A DNA stretch of 56,027 bases, the filler included, from Squatina squatina (Eukaryota): NCBI GenBank assembly GCA_031763465.1. It is 3 parts of 3 records of this genome, joined end to end, with 100 filler letters (N's around TTAATTAATTAA, not from the genome) between each part and the next. Parts side by side here need not be neighbours in the genome. Positions count along the whole stretch, not along the records: positions 1 to 16,868 come from JARFOE010000046.1; 2 more parts are not named here. One strand, written 5' to 3'. Below are positions 1-12,748 of this stretch, piece by piece. The translations under genes and the position numbers were made by a program. Within the stretch, counting starts at the first letter, position 1. Each line of letters begins with the position of its first letter. Below the pieces are notes generated by a model. That model made no database searches and was not told the DNA's origin. It saw only the letters and a program-made list of their open reading frames with translations.

Positions 1-97
1 TTTTCCATCGCTAATGTTAGCGCCCAAAATCAGCATTAGGCCGTTAGCACCGATTTAACGCTACTTTAACACCCAAAAAAAGGACGAATTGGTCGCC

Positions 98-356
98 CAT
101 AGTGCCTTTAACGTAGTGAAACGTTTCAAGGTGCTTCACAGGAGTATTTATTTGACACTGAGCCGCATAAGGAGAAATTAATTGACCAAAAGCTTGGTCA
201 AAGAGATAGGTTTTAAGGAGCATCTTGAAGGAGGAAAGAGAGACGGATGGGTTTCGGCAGGGGATTCCGGAGCTTAGTGCCTAGGCAACAGAAGGCACGG
301 CCACCAATGGTTGAGCGAATATAATCCGGGCTGCTCAAGAGGGCAGAATTAGAGGT
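98..356 (-). mobile_element. L2-clade LINE 3' fragment
   Basis: Near-identical to 19449-19630 (gcctaggcaacagaagg..ggccaccaatggttga..gctcaagagggcagaattagagg). The left end is the reverse complement of the L2/Deu-SINE type tail. Boundaries approximate. Confidence 0.7.
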
Positions 357-1294
357 TTACAAGTTTATTAAGTGCAAATTGCTACTGACTTTAATCAATA
401 ATTAACAGGTCTACGCTTTAATTTTAAATCTATATCTTGTGTGCATCATTTTGCAGTCACTGTCTCATTTTTCCATTACTCTAGTCAGTGACGTACAGAA
501 TTCCTTTGTCTTATTCGAGTCTGCAGCTTATACATTCTCTATAGTATTTATGACTACAATCAGTATGGAGCAATCAAAAAAATTATCAGCAGTTGCTTAT
601 AATTTTTGTGACATCTACAAACCAAGTATGGCACATGAAGCTCCTTCATTGCTAAATGTTTTAATTTGTTAACGAGTCATAGAAAATTTGTACATGCAGT
701 GACGACATTGTGTCAAAGGAGACCACCAATGGGCATTCCTGGTGAGTGTGTTTGGAACAAGCCCTTCACAACTGTGGGACAGCTGTTTGCTCTTTCAGAT
801 TTCTGGAGGGTTGTTTCAACAGCTCCTCACTGCAAATGTAGTTTATTCATTATTTTAAAGGACAAGATATCCTTGGTGCAGTAGGTCCAGCAAAATATGA
901 AATTGTATTTGTAAATATTAGGTTCATGATTTTGCTACATCTACTGCACAGAGCAAATCTTCCCCCAGTGTGCATACAGCTGGATTATAGTTCTCCAACA
1001 AAGCAGCCTTTAATATACTAACGAGTCTGGAAATGTGGCTTAAAATAAAGGAACTGTTCATACCTGCTTCCAAATACTTCTCTACTTGGTATGCTGAGGG
1101 TGGAATATTGTCCAATTTCATAGACTGTACAGTTCCCTTCATCAGATGATATGGAAGCAACAGCATTGGAATGACTTCAATAGAGCATTGAACACTTTCA
1201 GGTACAACTGTACCAATAACCTCGGGGGGATAAAATTCCAGTGGAAAGCCTTTAGAAATATTAGCCAGGCACAATGCAATCAATTCTGAAAGAC

Positions 1295-1449
1295 TGTTGT
1301 TAAAACAGATTACTTGGTCATTATCATGTTTGTTTGTGGGATCTTGTACACAAATTGGCTGCATACATGTTTCCTACATTACAACAATGACTACACTTTA
1401 GGATGTCCAGAGTTGGTGAAAGGAGCTATATAACTGCAAGTTCTTCCTT
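1295..1449 (+). mobile_element. SacSINE1/Deu-type SINE, 3' half
   Basis: tttgtgggatcttg..aaattggctgc..tttcctacattacaaca..gactacactt..gtgaaaggagctatataactgcaag matches the 3' half of the full copy at 42585-43035. Confidence 0.75.
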
Positions 1450-3542
1450 ATAAAATATTACATCAAAGAAACAGCCCATTTGGTCCATCAAGATTGTTTC
1501 TCCATGAAACCACTTTGTCGAATCCTACTCTCCTGCACACTCCACTACCCTTTCATTATTCATCCTTTTGAAACAACTCTTTCATTTCCTTTAGAAGCCG
1601 TTTAAAGGTACTTACCACCACGCATTGCTTCAATTCCCACATCAAGAAATAGTTCTAAAAAAAAAGCCTCCTAAATATATTTAAAAGTGAGCAATCACAA
1701 ATCAACATGGGGATGCACACCCTCCTTCCTTCTACTCTCTGCACTGGCACATTTACGAGAGCAAAGTCTGTTTAGCAGACATGTTACACACTTATCTTGC
1801 ACAGCTGCAACTTTAANNNNNNNNNNNNNNNNNNNNNNNNNNNNNNNNNNNNNNNNNNNNNNNNNNNNNNNNNNNNNNNNNNNNNNNNNNNNNNNNNNNN
1901 NNNNNNNNNNNNNNNNCAGCCAACGACACTTGCTAACCTTTGACACAATAATCACTCACTACACTGACAGTATTACCTTGCGTATGTGTAGGAAATTAAG
2001 ATCCAGGACTGTAATTACAATGCTTTGGAATAATATGAAGTAACTGATGGCACTACAGCCAACCGGGACCCATTAATATGTATACCGTAGTAACATTTTT
2101 TTAATGTATAACGTATAAGCCTAAGTAACATTGAAATGGCCAACATTTTATCAGGTGAGTTGACAACATAAGTATCAAGGTCATTTGTAATGGAGAACGA
2201 TGGACACATTATGCTGAGTGCAAAATAGATGGAAAGTGCGACATTTGACGTAGGAATAGGAAAATAACACGCACGTTCTGATGTCAGAATGTGCAAAGTA
2301 CAAGGTTTATTTTTCAAAAAACACAGGGGGATATAGTATTCCGTATATATTATAATACTGTATTTTAATCAACATTACAAGAGTGACCTCCAGTGTGTTG
2401 GAATGCCCTCGGTCTTGGGCTTCAGGCATTATAACATGCTAATGGTCACTCTCACTGGGAACCACAGTTTACATGCAGTAGACTCCTTTCCAGTTTGATC
2501 CCTGACAAGCTTTCCTTTTACATTTTCTTTTCCCATGCTAAAGTCTACCATTGAAATACCTTTGATAAGATCATGCTTGTCTTCAGAGCAACCTTTCTTC
2601 AACAACACTTATTTGATTTTAACAGGGTTCAGCTGAACAAACAGAATGCAGATACATTTAATTGTTTTACAATATTGATAACTTCTTAAAAGGCCTACGT
2701 CATCAGGATTTTTGTTTTGTGGCTTGCAAAGCCAGAAACATCTGTAAAAATTGTGTTGAGGCCATTGTCTCCTTTCATTGCTGCTGCTCAAGTCACAGCC
2801 AATATGGGTGTATCAAAATCTGCCATTTCCTTTAACCGTAGACACTCTGTTGACTGTTTCAAAAAATTTAAGAGCAATGTTTTTTTCTGTTCGCTAATTT
2901 TAGTGAGAAGATGGACAGGCGTATGAAGTACACAACATCCCGCCTTATACTCGCATCCACTTTTTCTTTGGTAAAATTGGCAAAGTGAAGAAGGTAGGCT
3001 TTCCTACAAAGGTCACATTTGGGGGCGGGGGGGGTAAAACAGTCAAAAAAATCATTCCCTATTTTCAAAAGATGTGATTTCCCAAGCCATTTGTGATACC
3101 AAGTAGTTAATGTTTGCCATGAGTGCACTGCCAGCGAGAGAAATCTGTTGCTAGGGTAACAACCAGCTAAACTCTTCCTCCAAGATGACACAGCCCCTTT
3201 AACATGACAACTCAACCCTAACTATTCTTAGGAATGCTAGAAAGATCGCTCGCCACAGGAGTCATTTCTATTTTTACCCAAGGAAGCAAAAATTACTTTA
3301 TGGGGGTTTTTGATTATTATACCAATCCCAGTAGCCTTATTTTTCCCCATTTGAGAAATGATGGTGCAATTATGCCCAAGACATTCATTGTTTGCTGTGG
3401 TAGGCAGCATATCACTTTGCAACCAATTTACAACAGTTTTTTTTCCAATAAGCTTTATTTAGTCAATCATGCATGAACAAAAAAAAAAGATTGATTCAAA
3501 CATTCCGGGAAAAAAAATCCATGTTTTCTTTTTTGGTTAGCC

Positions 3543-3591
3543 ACTTCCCATGCAGGAAGTTTTTCTGGTAGACAGGAAGTGATATAAAAAG
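3543..3591 (+). promoter_or_regulatory. Candidate Pol II core promoter: ETS motifs plus TATA box
   Basis: ACTTCC at 3543, CAGGAAGT at 3553 and 3573, followed directly by GATATAAAAAG at 3581-3591. Motif evidence only. Confidence 0.3.
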
Positions 3592-3734
3592 ACGAGCAGG
3601 GCAAAAGGTTAATGCAATCTTCAAGCTAGGGGCATGACATGCAATTTCTGTCAGTTACATAAAACAAAAAGTAACTTATCGATGGTTGTTTCTGATCACA
3701 TCAACAAACTAGATTTAGAAACACAATAAAAGAG

Positions 3735-3976
3735 CTTGCATTTATCTTGTGCCTTTGAAATCCTCAGAATACCAGCAACCAATTTGCACACAGCGAGGCC
3801 CCACAAACAACAGTGAAATAACAACCAGTTAATCTGTTTTGGTTGATAGCTAAATGCTGACCAGGATAACTCCCCTCCTTTCCTCTTCTTTGAATACTTC
3901 ATTGGGATATTTTACTTCCACCTGAATGGGGGCCTGGTTTAATGTTTCACTCGAAAGATGATATCCTCAATAATGC
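3735..3976 (-). mobile_element. SacSINE1/Deu-type SINE fragment
   Basis: Reverse complement of the Deu-SINE body (cttgcattta..aatttgcacacagcgaggccccacaaaca..gggatattttacttccacctga..ggtttaatgtttc). Confidence 0.7.
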
Positions 3977-4948
3977 NNNNNNNNNNNNNNNNNNNNNNNN
4001 NNNNNNNNNNNNNNNNNNNNNNNNNNNNNNNNNNNNNNNNNNNNNNNNNCCAGTAATGTTGCATGGTTGGAACTCATTAACTTTCCCAACACTTTTATAT
4101 ATAAAGTTATCGCAACAAACTCCCAAATTTATATCAAATTTTTTTGTCTTTGCTTTGTTAAAAATGAACAGCTGATGAATACATTGTATCAAAAAAGTGG
4201 TACCAAGATAAACAATATTTCATGCACATACATTTATCACATGCTACCATTACTTCATCAAAGTACAACCACAAATAAACTGAACTGTGGATGTGAAAAC
4301 AGTTGGGAGTATCTTGAGTTTGGCAACCTACTGTAAACGGATGAAGGGAAGGTGTGCAGTTCTGGTTAAAAGGTGTGTAAGCTGCACACACAAAAGGTGG
4401 AGAGACCACAGGTCACACAGTTTTGACAGTGAACTGGCATGTGTTTCCATTTTCATTTTATTAGTTTTTGTTTCTTGACCCTCAGCAGTCCCACAATACT
4501 GAATTGGGACAAAACGATTTTAAATAAGAGTGTTGACACTTTTGTGCACTGTTGTTGTACATAAACAGGGAGAGATTTTCCGTACACCCCCGCCGTCACA
4601 ATCGACCTCAGACGTCACACTACAAACTGTCGTTTCCAAAACTATGGGCGAGTTCACCTTTTAAAAAAAAAATCCAACCCTTCTGCGCAAATGTAGTTCT
4701 ATAATTAATGAGTACAATTGGTGCATGCATTATTCAAGATGTAAGCTTGACTTAAAATGTCCTGCTAAATATTCCAGGAACAATTTTATCAATATATATT
4801 TCCCCACCCCCCCCCCCCCCCCCCCCAAATAGGGGTTTTTTTAAAATTNNNNNNNNNNNNNNNNNNNNNNNNNNNNNNNNNNNNNNNNNNNNNNNNNNNN
4901 NNNNNNNNNNNNNNNNNNNNNNNNNNNNNNNNNNNNNNNNNNNNNNNN

Positions 4949-5127
4949 GTAACCCCCCGATCATTCACTGTAACCCCCCGATCACCTTCTGTAACCCCCG
5001 ATCACCCACTGTAAACCCGCCCGATCATTCACTGTAAGCCCCCCCGATCACCCAATGTAACTCCCTCGATCACCCACTGTAACCCCCTGATCACCCACTG
5101 TAAACCCCTGGATCATCCTCTGTAACC
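4949..5127. repeat. Minisatellite, ~21-bp unit GTAACCCCCCGATCACCCACT, ~8.5 visible copies
   Basis: Direct reading of head-to-tail units. The array runs into the 100-N gap on its left, so it is probably longer. Confidence 0.9.
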
Positions 5128-7461
5128 CAGTGTCCTCACTTTATCGTTTGACTCTGCAAAGTGCACATTTTTGTAGGCTATTTCCCAACGTTGTTTTGTT
5201 TTGAAAAGACTTACATTACAAAGGCAACAGCAATGTTTTCCCATGTATCCTTACGACATAGAAACTGTACACCATAAAACATGTGCTCATAACCTCCACA
5301 ACCAAGTTTAAAAGACTGGACATGCACGGTGAATTTTAAAGACAGCAGACATAATGCTGTACTGGCTTGCACATTGTTTCAGCACTGATCTTCCTGTTTT
5401 ATCTTCAGAAAAAGGTTAAAGCCCAGGTTTGCTCATCAACACCAAATAAAGTCTTTTGGCTTTATGTTTCAAATTTTATTTTTGCAACATGTCATGACTA
5501 ATTTCCAGTCTGGTCATCAAGAAACCATTTATAGATGTTTTTGTTTTAAGCTACCAATTCCTCTCCTCTGCTTTTCAGCCATGCCTCCCAGGGCCCCCAC
5601 TTACCAGTTAAGATGCACTGAAGCAAGAGGCTGCAAATTCTCGTATGAGCTATTTAAAAGGTTAGGCACATGGAATTCATCACTTGGAGCAACAAATACA
5701 AAGAGCGGAATGANNNNNNNNNNNNNNNNNNNNNNNNNNNNNNNNNNNNNNNNNNNNNNNNNNNNNNNNNNNNNNNNNNNNNNNNNNNNNNNNNNNNNNN
5801 NNNNNNNNNNNNNACATCGGAAATTTTAGGAACAGGGGAGAGGCTGTTTTTGGTCGATCTCAACTGTACCTTCTTGCCATATTCCTCGAGCAGCTCTTTA
5901 TCCAGGAGCTAGTCTTGAACTCATATTGCTATTTTCCTCAATTGTCTTATCTGGTAACTTATTCCATATGTTTAATACCCTTTATGTGAAATTGTTGAGT
6001 GTGGAATAGTTCTGCCTGAATGCTCTGTTTTAGAAAATTCTGTCCCTTAGTTACTGATCTCTTCATCTCATCATTATGTTTGTCTGCATCAATTTTATTA
6101 ATTCCCTTTTGATTTAAAAAAAAACTGAATCACTGGAGTCATTTTCCTCACGAAGAGAACAAGCCTAACTTTAACCTTTTCTCATCACTTAAGTGCCTGA
6201 AAATTTGGTTTCAATTTCTTGCCCTGAGGTGCTAGATATTCTTCCTATGGTATAGGTTCCATGCTAGATGACAAATGTCTTTTTGTTCTTGTGGCAGCTT
6301 AATTTGCTATACTGCACAAACTTTTTTAAAAGTAGGATGCTGAGCTTACAAAACAGCATTTTTCAGTAAAACAAGACATGCCTACAACTGTATTGGGGGA
6401 ATACTGTTTTTAATAGGAAAAAAGTTCTCTTGTGCCAGACAATATTTGCACAACAGTTATTGTAATTGATTGAGGCTACAGCATTTATTTCCCACGGCCA
6501 TTCCCACATTTTTGCCATATTGCTTGAGCTAGGAAATGCAAAAATAAATAAACTTGATCGAATACAAGGTAGATGTTTATTTAATTAACTGGATTATGTA
6601 ATGCAAGGCTTAAATTGCTAATTGTTGCAACAAAAAATGTACGTGAGTGCTGGAAGCCAATTTTGGCCACTTCAGAAAGTGTTTGGGCCATTCTGAACAG
6701 GAAAGAGCTACAATAGAGCATGGTAATGTATGTATTAATGCTGCAACAATCTCTTTATTCTCTACTCTAGAAATTTTAATCAAAATATTGAGAGAAATAC
6801 TACTGCACCCTTTCAGACTTTGTCATGTCTGAAAGATTATTAGGAAATCTGAGCCCTCTGTGTTGATGTACAGTATTAGGACATCCCCCACTAACTGGTT
6901 GCAAAACTTGTCATTGTCCAACAGACAGTTACCAAACCGAGGTAGCCAGTGACACAGTGGTGTCATGGTTACCATTTTATCATTCTTTTAATCTGACTGG
7001 CTCACTCTGTGCCTTTAGCTTTTTTTAAACTCAAAAATTTATACTTTCAGGGGGTCATTAGCTACTTGATCAAAAAGGGTAAAAAAAAATGGCGCGCACA
7101 GTGTGATAAACTGTTTTTCTGCTGCCTTGATAATAGTGCTGCTGGTATGATAGTAGCTCTGCTGGTGCAGTCGTAGTTCTGCTGCCATGATGGTGGCACT
7201 GCGGTAGATAATTGGACTCCCAGCATGGCTGTCACATGTTCACTGTTTAAAGTGAACAATTTTTCACTTGCAAATTCAGTGCAAAAACAAGCTGAAGCAA
7301 TCCTTTAAAAAAAAATCAGATTACTGGAACAATTTCCAGTTTCTAAATCCCCATTAACGCTGCATATGAATATACGCGCTGAGCTCTGACAGAACACCCT
7401 GTGGATGATAAAACTCATCATATTAATGCATAATCTGTAAGAGTCTCGCTAGACTGCCATG

Positions 7462-8022
7462 CTAGCACCAATCGTCTTCATCTCTTTCGCGGTAATATTT
7501 CCGCTCCCCTGCGCCCGTCCCAGGGCCAGTGCTCATGCCCAGGTTGCAGTGGTAACCGTTCGGGACTCTGCGGCTTTGGTGAGGTTGAGATGTAAAAGAT
7601 GAGATGCAAGAAGTCCTTGGGGACCTGCCCGTAGTTGTGGCAACAGCCACCTCAAAGGTCAGAGTCTCTTCTGGCGGCATCTGGACCTCGCTGCCGCAAC
7701 TCTCGCGGTATCCCAGGTAAGGATCAGAGCCAATGCGCGTCACCATCGATTGTCTGCTTTCACTGCTAGCGTAAGGGTGGTTCTGGGACTCGCTGCGCAG
7801 CAAAGTGTTGTGCTCAGACCATCCGCGGCTGAGTCTCCCTGGGGGAGTCGGGGGTAAGACGCCGTGCAGGTTGTTAAACTGAGCCGGAGAGGAGTTTGCA
7901 GTTTTGTAGGTGACGTTGGGGCGCGGTGTTAGAGGTGTCTGCGGAAGCTGCCGTCGCCCACGACACGGGGTGCTAGCGCCAGAGACTGACTGCAGAGGGC
8001 TGCCATTAACCGAACCACTGCC
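7462..8022 (-). CDS. CACNA1B: Cav2.2 (N-type calcium channel alpha-1B), terminal coding exon
   Basis: Acceptor tgtag|GGC at 8022. Translation [57 protein letters not shown], 186 aa plus stop, collinear with the Cav2.2 distal C-terminus. Confidence 0.96.
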   Translation of the reverse strand, partial: GSGSVNGSPLQSVSGASTPCRGRRQLPQTPLTPRPNVTYKTANSSPAQFNNLHGVLPPTPPGRLSRGWSEHNTLLRSESQNHPYASSESRQSMVTRIGSDPYLGYRESCGSEVQMPPEETLTFEVAVATTTGRSPRTSCISSFTSQPHQSRRVPNGYHCNLGMSTGPGTGAGERKYYRERDEDDWC

Positions 8023-11000
8023 CTACATGAAAATTGGAACAAAGCAATTCAAAAAACAAAAGAACAGACACACGGAAAACAAAAACATCAACAGAAAAGG
8101 ACATAAAGCAACACGAGAGAAGAAATAAGGCGAAAAGTTCAGACAAGCACCAAAAACGGAAAGTAAAGTATGAGGCAAAATACACAGAGATGCAGAGAGA
8201 ATTGGGGGGAAAAATGATTATCGTGAGTGGCAANNNNNNNNNNNNNNNNNNNNNNNNNNNNNNNNNNNNNNNNNNNNNNNNNNNNNNNNNNNNNNNNNNN
8301 NNNNNNNNNNNNNNNNNNNNNNNNNNNNNNNNNGTCTCCTTTTTTTAAAAGAAAACACTTTTTAACTGTTTTTGAAAGGCTTTTCTGTACTGTACACCCA
8401 AATATTACTGCAGCAAGTATTTCATGTACTGGTATTGTCCCAGGAATGTACCTTACAAACAAACGGTGTTCTTTTTTTTAACGTGGTCCACTTACACTGT
8501 ATTATTAGAGTAAATGAGCCCATAGTTTAACTAACAGAAATAGACAAGGGATTGAGGCTCAGACTGACCCACTGTAAACCTTGTGGGCCATGATTTCTAT
8601 ATATAATGTGCATTTTGCAGTTTATATAAACTTGTCGATTTTTATGATCAAGATACTTCTTGATAGCACAGTTTTCACTGGCCTGTTCCACCATATTTTC
8701 CTTAGCTCTGGTTAATGCGTTCATTGACATATCATTCATGAACGCATCCTGGGAAGTCCAATTTACCAATAAATTGCTAGTTTAAGTTGGACCTAGGAAG
8801 CATATAAGTACCACATAGAAGAATACGCAGGCATGATACAAAGTTCAAATAGTTCTCATACCAGTGTTGAAGACCCCGGCACTCTCAGATAATTCACTGC
8901 CTGCACAAATGCACGCGAAATGATCTTTTGCGCAACAATGATGGGTTTTTCCACTAGGGGCACATTCGTTCTGGGTAGAATCTTGAGTGTGTTCTCAAAT
9001 GCTGAATGTAGTGTTACAAATAAGTGATCATTTCGGATTTCAAGCACATAAATTAGGATTTGTAGCCACACATAAAATCTGGCTAATAAATACAACAAAT
9101 GGAGGACAAGCGTGGTGACAGTTCACTTTAAGATGTAGCAGGTTCCCAGTGGCACAGTTACAAGTTTCCCAAACTCAACCCCTATGTCAGAAGGAGGAGC
9201 TTCCACCAGTATTCAAAGCTACAAGTTCAGCTACAGGACTGGACCATACGCCAAGTTGAAATGACGTCCAGCGCTCTCGACATTACAAGTGGAAGTGGGG
9301 CTTCGGTTAAGCAAAAATACATAAAGATCAAAATACTGAAGCGACAAAATAATGTAAGCATAATATGAGTTACATACTGCAAGGACACTCCCAGATGATC
9401 GAGATGTTTTCTTCAGCAAAGGGTCGAGTAAGATGACACAGACAAGTGAAGCAGCCCACAGCACAGCATTTTGCAGACAGCAGGGTAGGGAAGGTTGGAC
9501 GGGAGATGGGTAGAAACAGAAAAAAAAAAGCAAAGCAGAACAGAACGCCGGATATATTTGTAAAAGCAAAACAGATCAACCAGAACATCAGAACAAAAAG
9601 TAGATGTGGGAATGTTACAGTGATAACGGAGGAAGGTTGATAGGAGAATTAAACAGAACAGAGAAAAGAAAATTGAGTGTAATAAGAGGTCAGATTGAGA
9701 AATGGTGGGCAGGATTGACAAACAAATAAAGGTTGGGGTGGGAAAGACAAAGCACAAAAAGATTATGAAATGTTACTGCAGTTGAGCCCAAAATAACCNN
9801 NNNNNNNNNNNNNNNNNNNNNNNNNNNNNNNNNNNNNNNNNNNNNNNNNNNNNNNNNNNNNNNNNNNNNNNNNNNNNNNNNNNNNNNNNNNNNNNNNNAA
9901 AACTGATGTTTCAGATAAACTTTGCGGGCATTCAAAGCCTGTGAACTCAACCATATCCTGGTCTGACAAGTCGTGTGGAATTTCCCCTCTTGATTCAAGT
10001 GCAATTCTGGTGTAAATGGTGGAATTTCTGGGACAGCAACTTTGGCCCTCAGTTGGAAACATGTATCAGTGAGGTTGAAGGTAACTTCTGCTTTGTAATT
10101 CATGGCTTCCTAGATCTTTTATGTTGACCTACTATTTGCCATAATGTTAACAACAACAAAAAAATCACTAACGTCCCTTTTATAGATAGAATACTACAGA
10201 TGAACACCATGCAACTCATATTCAAATCATGATTCAAATAACCCATCCTCAATTTGGCCACGCAACAGTTATAGCCTCTTTCACTCATAGATTAAACATA
10301 CTCTTCAACTGCTTCAATTATGGTGTTCTTTATTTAGCATTGCTGATCTTAAGTAAATGAAGAGTGTAATTGCACATGAGCTGGAGTTTCTTTGCTTAGC
10401 ATTTCACACCATTCTGTGTTGCTTTCTGGAGTTTGCTACTGGACACCCAACAATTTTAGAAAATGCAAGTTAATAAGCCATGGTGCTGCACGCAAAGCAC
10501 AAAAAACTGACGGCTCTCAGAAAGAAAGGTACTGCCACCTCAACCAATGGCTCAAAATGATCAACAAGAATAAATAAAGGCACAAAAAGCTTCCAACTTC
10601 TCCCCAAACTGTCTGTTTTATGTTCCTACTATGCTTTTTGTTACTCTAAACCTCTTCTTGCGTTCCGCCTCAGTTCCAAGCACACCATCATACATGGTCT
10701 TCCTCCTCCCTGCATCCAGCTGTACTCAAGTCTCTGATCACCTGTTACTTCGCAGGGCCTCAAAACTGTGGAATTATTCAGCTACCTCAGCGTTCCCTTC
10801 CTCGCACAGGCGATGGGCTTTTAATAGCTAAATTTAGTGTTGCCAAATTACTACTACTTCATTTATTTCCAACATCTTTTCTTTCTCAACCTCAGTGGTA
10901 CCCTACGTTATGGGCCCAAGCTCTACGTCTCAGTTCTCAATAACAAAGTATCAGATAATTTCCCAAATTAAATCAAAGATGGACACTTCAGTTCATTTAT

Positions 11001-11171
11001 TTAGGTTCAGCTGTTACTGATATTGATATACTTTTGCATTTTTTGAGATTGAGTAACGGGAATATATCCATTGAAATCGTGTCATTAAAATATTGACCCA
11101 ATCAGCACAACCGATGCCATTTTATGTCCTTTAGGCAATTCAAACCCTCTGGACTTAGGAAGAGTACTCAC

Positions 11172-11279
11172 GTCTATGTGGAGGCACCAGTATATCCAGA
11201 ATCTTCTGAGACAGGTTCGACCAAACAGCAGTTATTTCCTTCCGAAGCTCCGCATCACATTGCTGCTGGTATGCACCTC
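11172..11279 (-). CDS. CACNA1B: Cav2.2 internal exon (exon 39 equivalent)
   Basis: ccatag|..|gtgagt, 108 nt, phase 1-1, [35 protein letters not shown]. Not reported in the ORF track. Confidence 0.95.
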
Positions 11280-11845
11280 CTATGGGAGAAGACAGGCACA
11301 GTCAGACTCTGCTCCCGCTCCAGAATATATAGAAATTTTTGTTCTGTACCTGCTCTGATCTACACCCAGGCAAACGGCAGCTGTATTTGTCTTCACCATG
11401 TGTGCAAGGCTGACTGAAAAGGCCTGAACCCTTGTGGTTATCACCGTGAAGCAACATGTTGTGCCAACATTTTTGTCCATTCTTTACATATCTACCCTGA
11501 CAGTGCATTAGGAAAACAATCTTTCAGACAAGCAGATCAATAGGTGATAAATTGTGACTCTGCATACTTGGGATAGAAGCAAAATTAGCTGAGATATACA
11601 GATAGCCACTGGAATCAGAAGGACCTCTTTGCAATTTAAGAATGCCCATGATAAAGAGTAAACACGGGGGGTGGGGTGGAATACAGGCAAATGATGAAAG
11701 AGAGATGGAAGATAGTGAAAGAACATACATGCCTCATTAGTGTTGNNNNNNNNNNNNNNNNNNNNNNNNNNNNNNNNNNNNNNNNNNNNNNNNNNNNNNN
11801 NNNNNNNNNNNNNNNNNNNNNNNNNNNNNNNNNNNNNNNNNNNNN

Positions 11846-12080
11846 TCCCAGAGGGTTGTGAGTCTTTGGAACTCCTTGCCACAGAGGGCTGTGGAGGCTG
11901 AGACCTTGTGCATAATTAAGTCTGAGATAGATAGATTTCTAATCAGTAAGGGAATCAAGGGTTATGGGGAGAAGGTGGGAAGGTGGACTTGCGAAATGTC
12001 GGATCAGCCATGATCCAATTGAATGGCGGAGCGGGCTCGATGGGCCGAATGGCCTACTCCTGCTCCTAGTTCTTATGGTC
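11846..12080 (+). mobile_element. CR1-clade LINE 3' end
   Basis: cagagggttgtgagtctttggaactccttgccacagagggctgtggaggc (ORF2 C-terminus, WNSLPQ) followed by the tail gatcagccatgat..gaatggcggagcgggctcga..gaatggcctactcctgctcc. Confidence 0.88.
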
Positions 12081-12642
12081 ATATATGCTATAGGTGATTA
12101 TCACTGACACCAATTATCCGCCTGAACAAAAATACCAGCAGAAATCCCCATCTGGCAGACAACATCTGGTTAACAACAAAATGCCAAAAAAAACACTCAG
12201 ATTTTTTTAATCAAAATTATCTGACATTATGTGCTGGATTTTTGCAGTATGTGGCAGTGGAAAATGACTGGAAATGGGCCTTGACTCTCCTCTGGCAGCA
12301 AACCCAGCCCAGAGAAAATCTCAACCCCATCTTTTGCCCCCCTCCATTAGAAATACATATTGCATCTGCTTTAAACTATATGGAGTAACAATCCTATAGG
12401 AGAATAAAGTTTAGTGAGAAGACAAGCATGATTTATATATGCATTCTAATATTGCAAAAACAAGCAATGTAATGAAGTAATGAAGACTTCTATTAGGACT
12501 CGCTTTCTCAATGCTTGGAAAGGCATACGGTAAACAAGACTTCTTCAGATAATCCTTCCACACCAGGTTTAATGCCCTCAATTCTGCTACAGAGCTACTG
12601 CAGTATTGCATGCAAGAGAGATGACATGACCCGTCCACTCAC

Positions 12643-12748
12643 CTCCAGCAATTTTGATATCGAGGGCTGTTCTAATCAATGCCATCAGGGTAGATGTGAA
12701 ATGCACAGAGCCATCTTCAGCAATTGGCATGTTCATTCTTACAAGCCG
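12643..12748 (-). CDS. CACNA1B: Cav2.2 internal exon (exon 38 equivalent)
   Basis: tcgcag|..|gtgagt, 106 nt, [35 protein letters not shown]. Phase fits exons 37 and 39. Confidence 0.96.

Noticed and set aside
924-1364. 146-aa minus-strand ORF
   Set aside because: It starts inside a Deu-SINE fragment and has no recognisable domain or convincing splice boundaries; probably chance.
4949-5127. Regularly spaced repeats that might suggest a CRISPR array
   Set aside because: Units are head-to-tail with no unique spacers, there are no cas genes, and the context is vertebrate.
8234-11100. Apparent loss of Cav2.2 exons 40-45, including the IQ domain
   Set aside because: Two 100-N gaps of unknown true size lie here, so the absence is most likely an assembly artefact.
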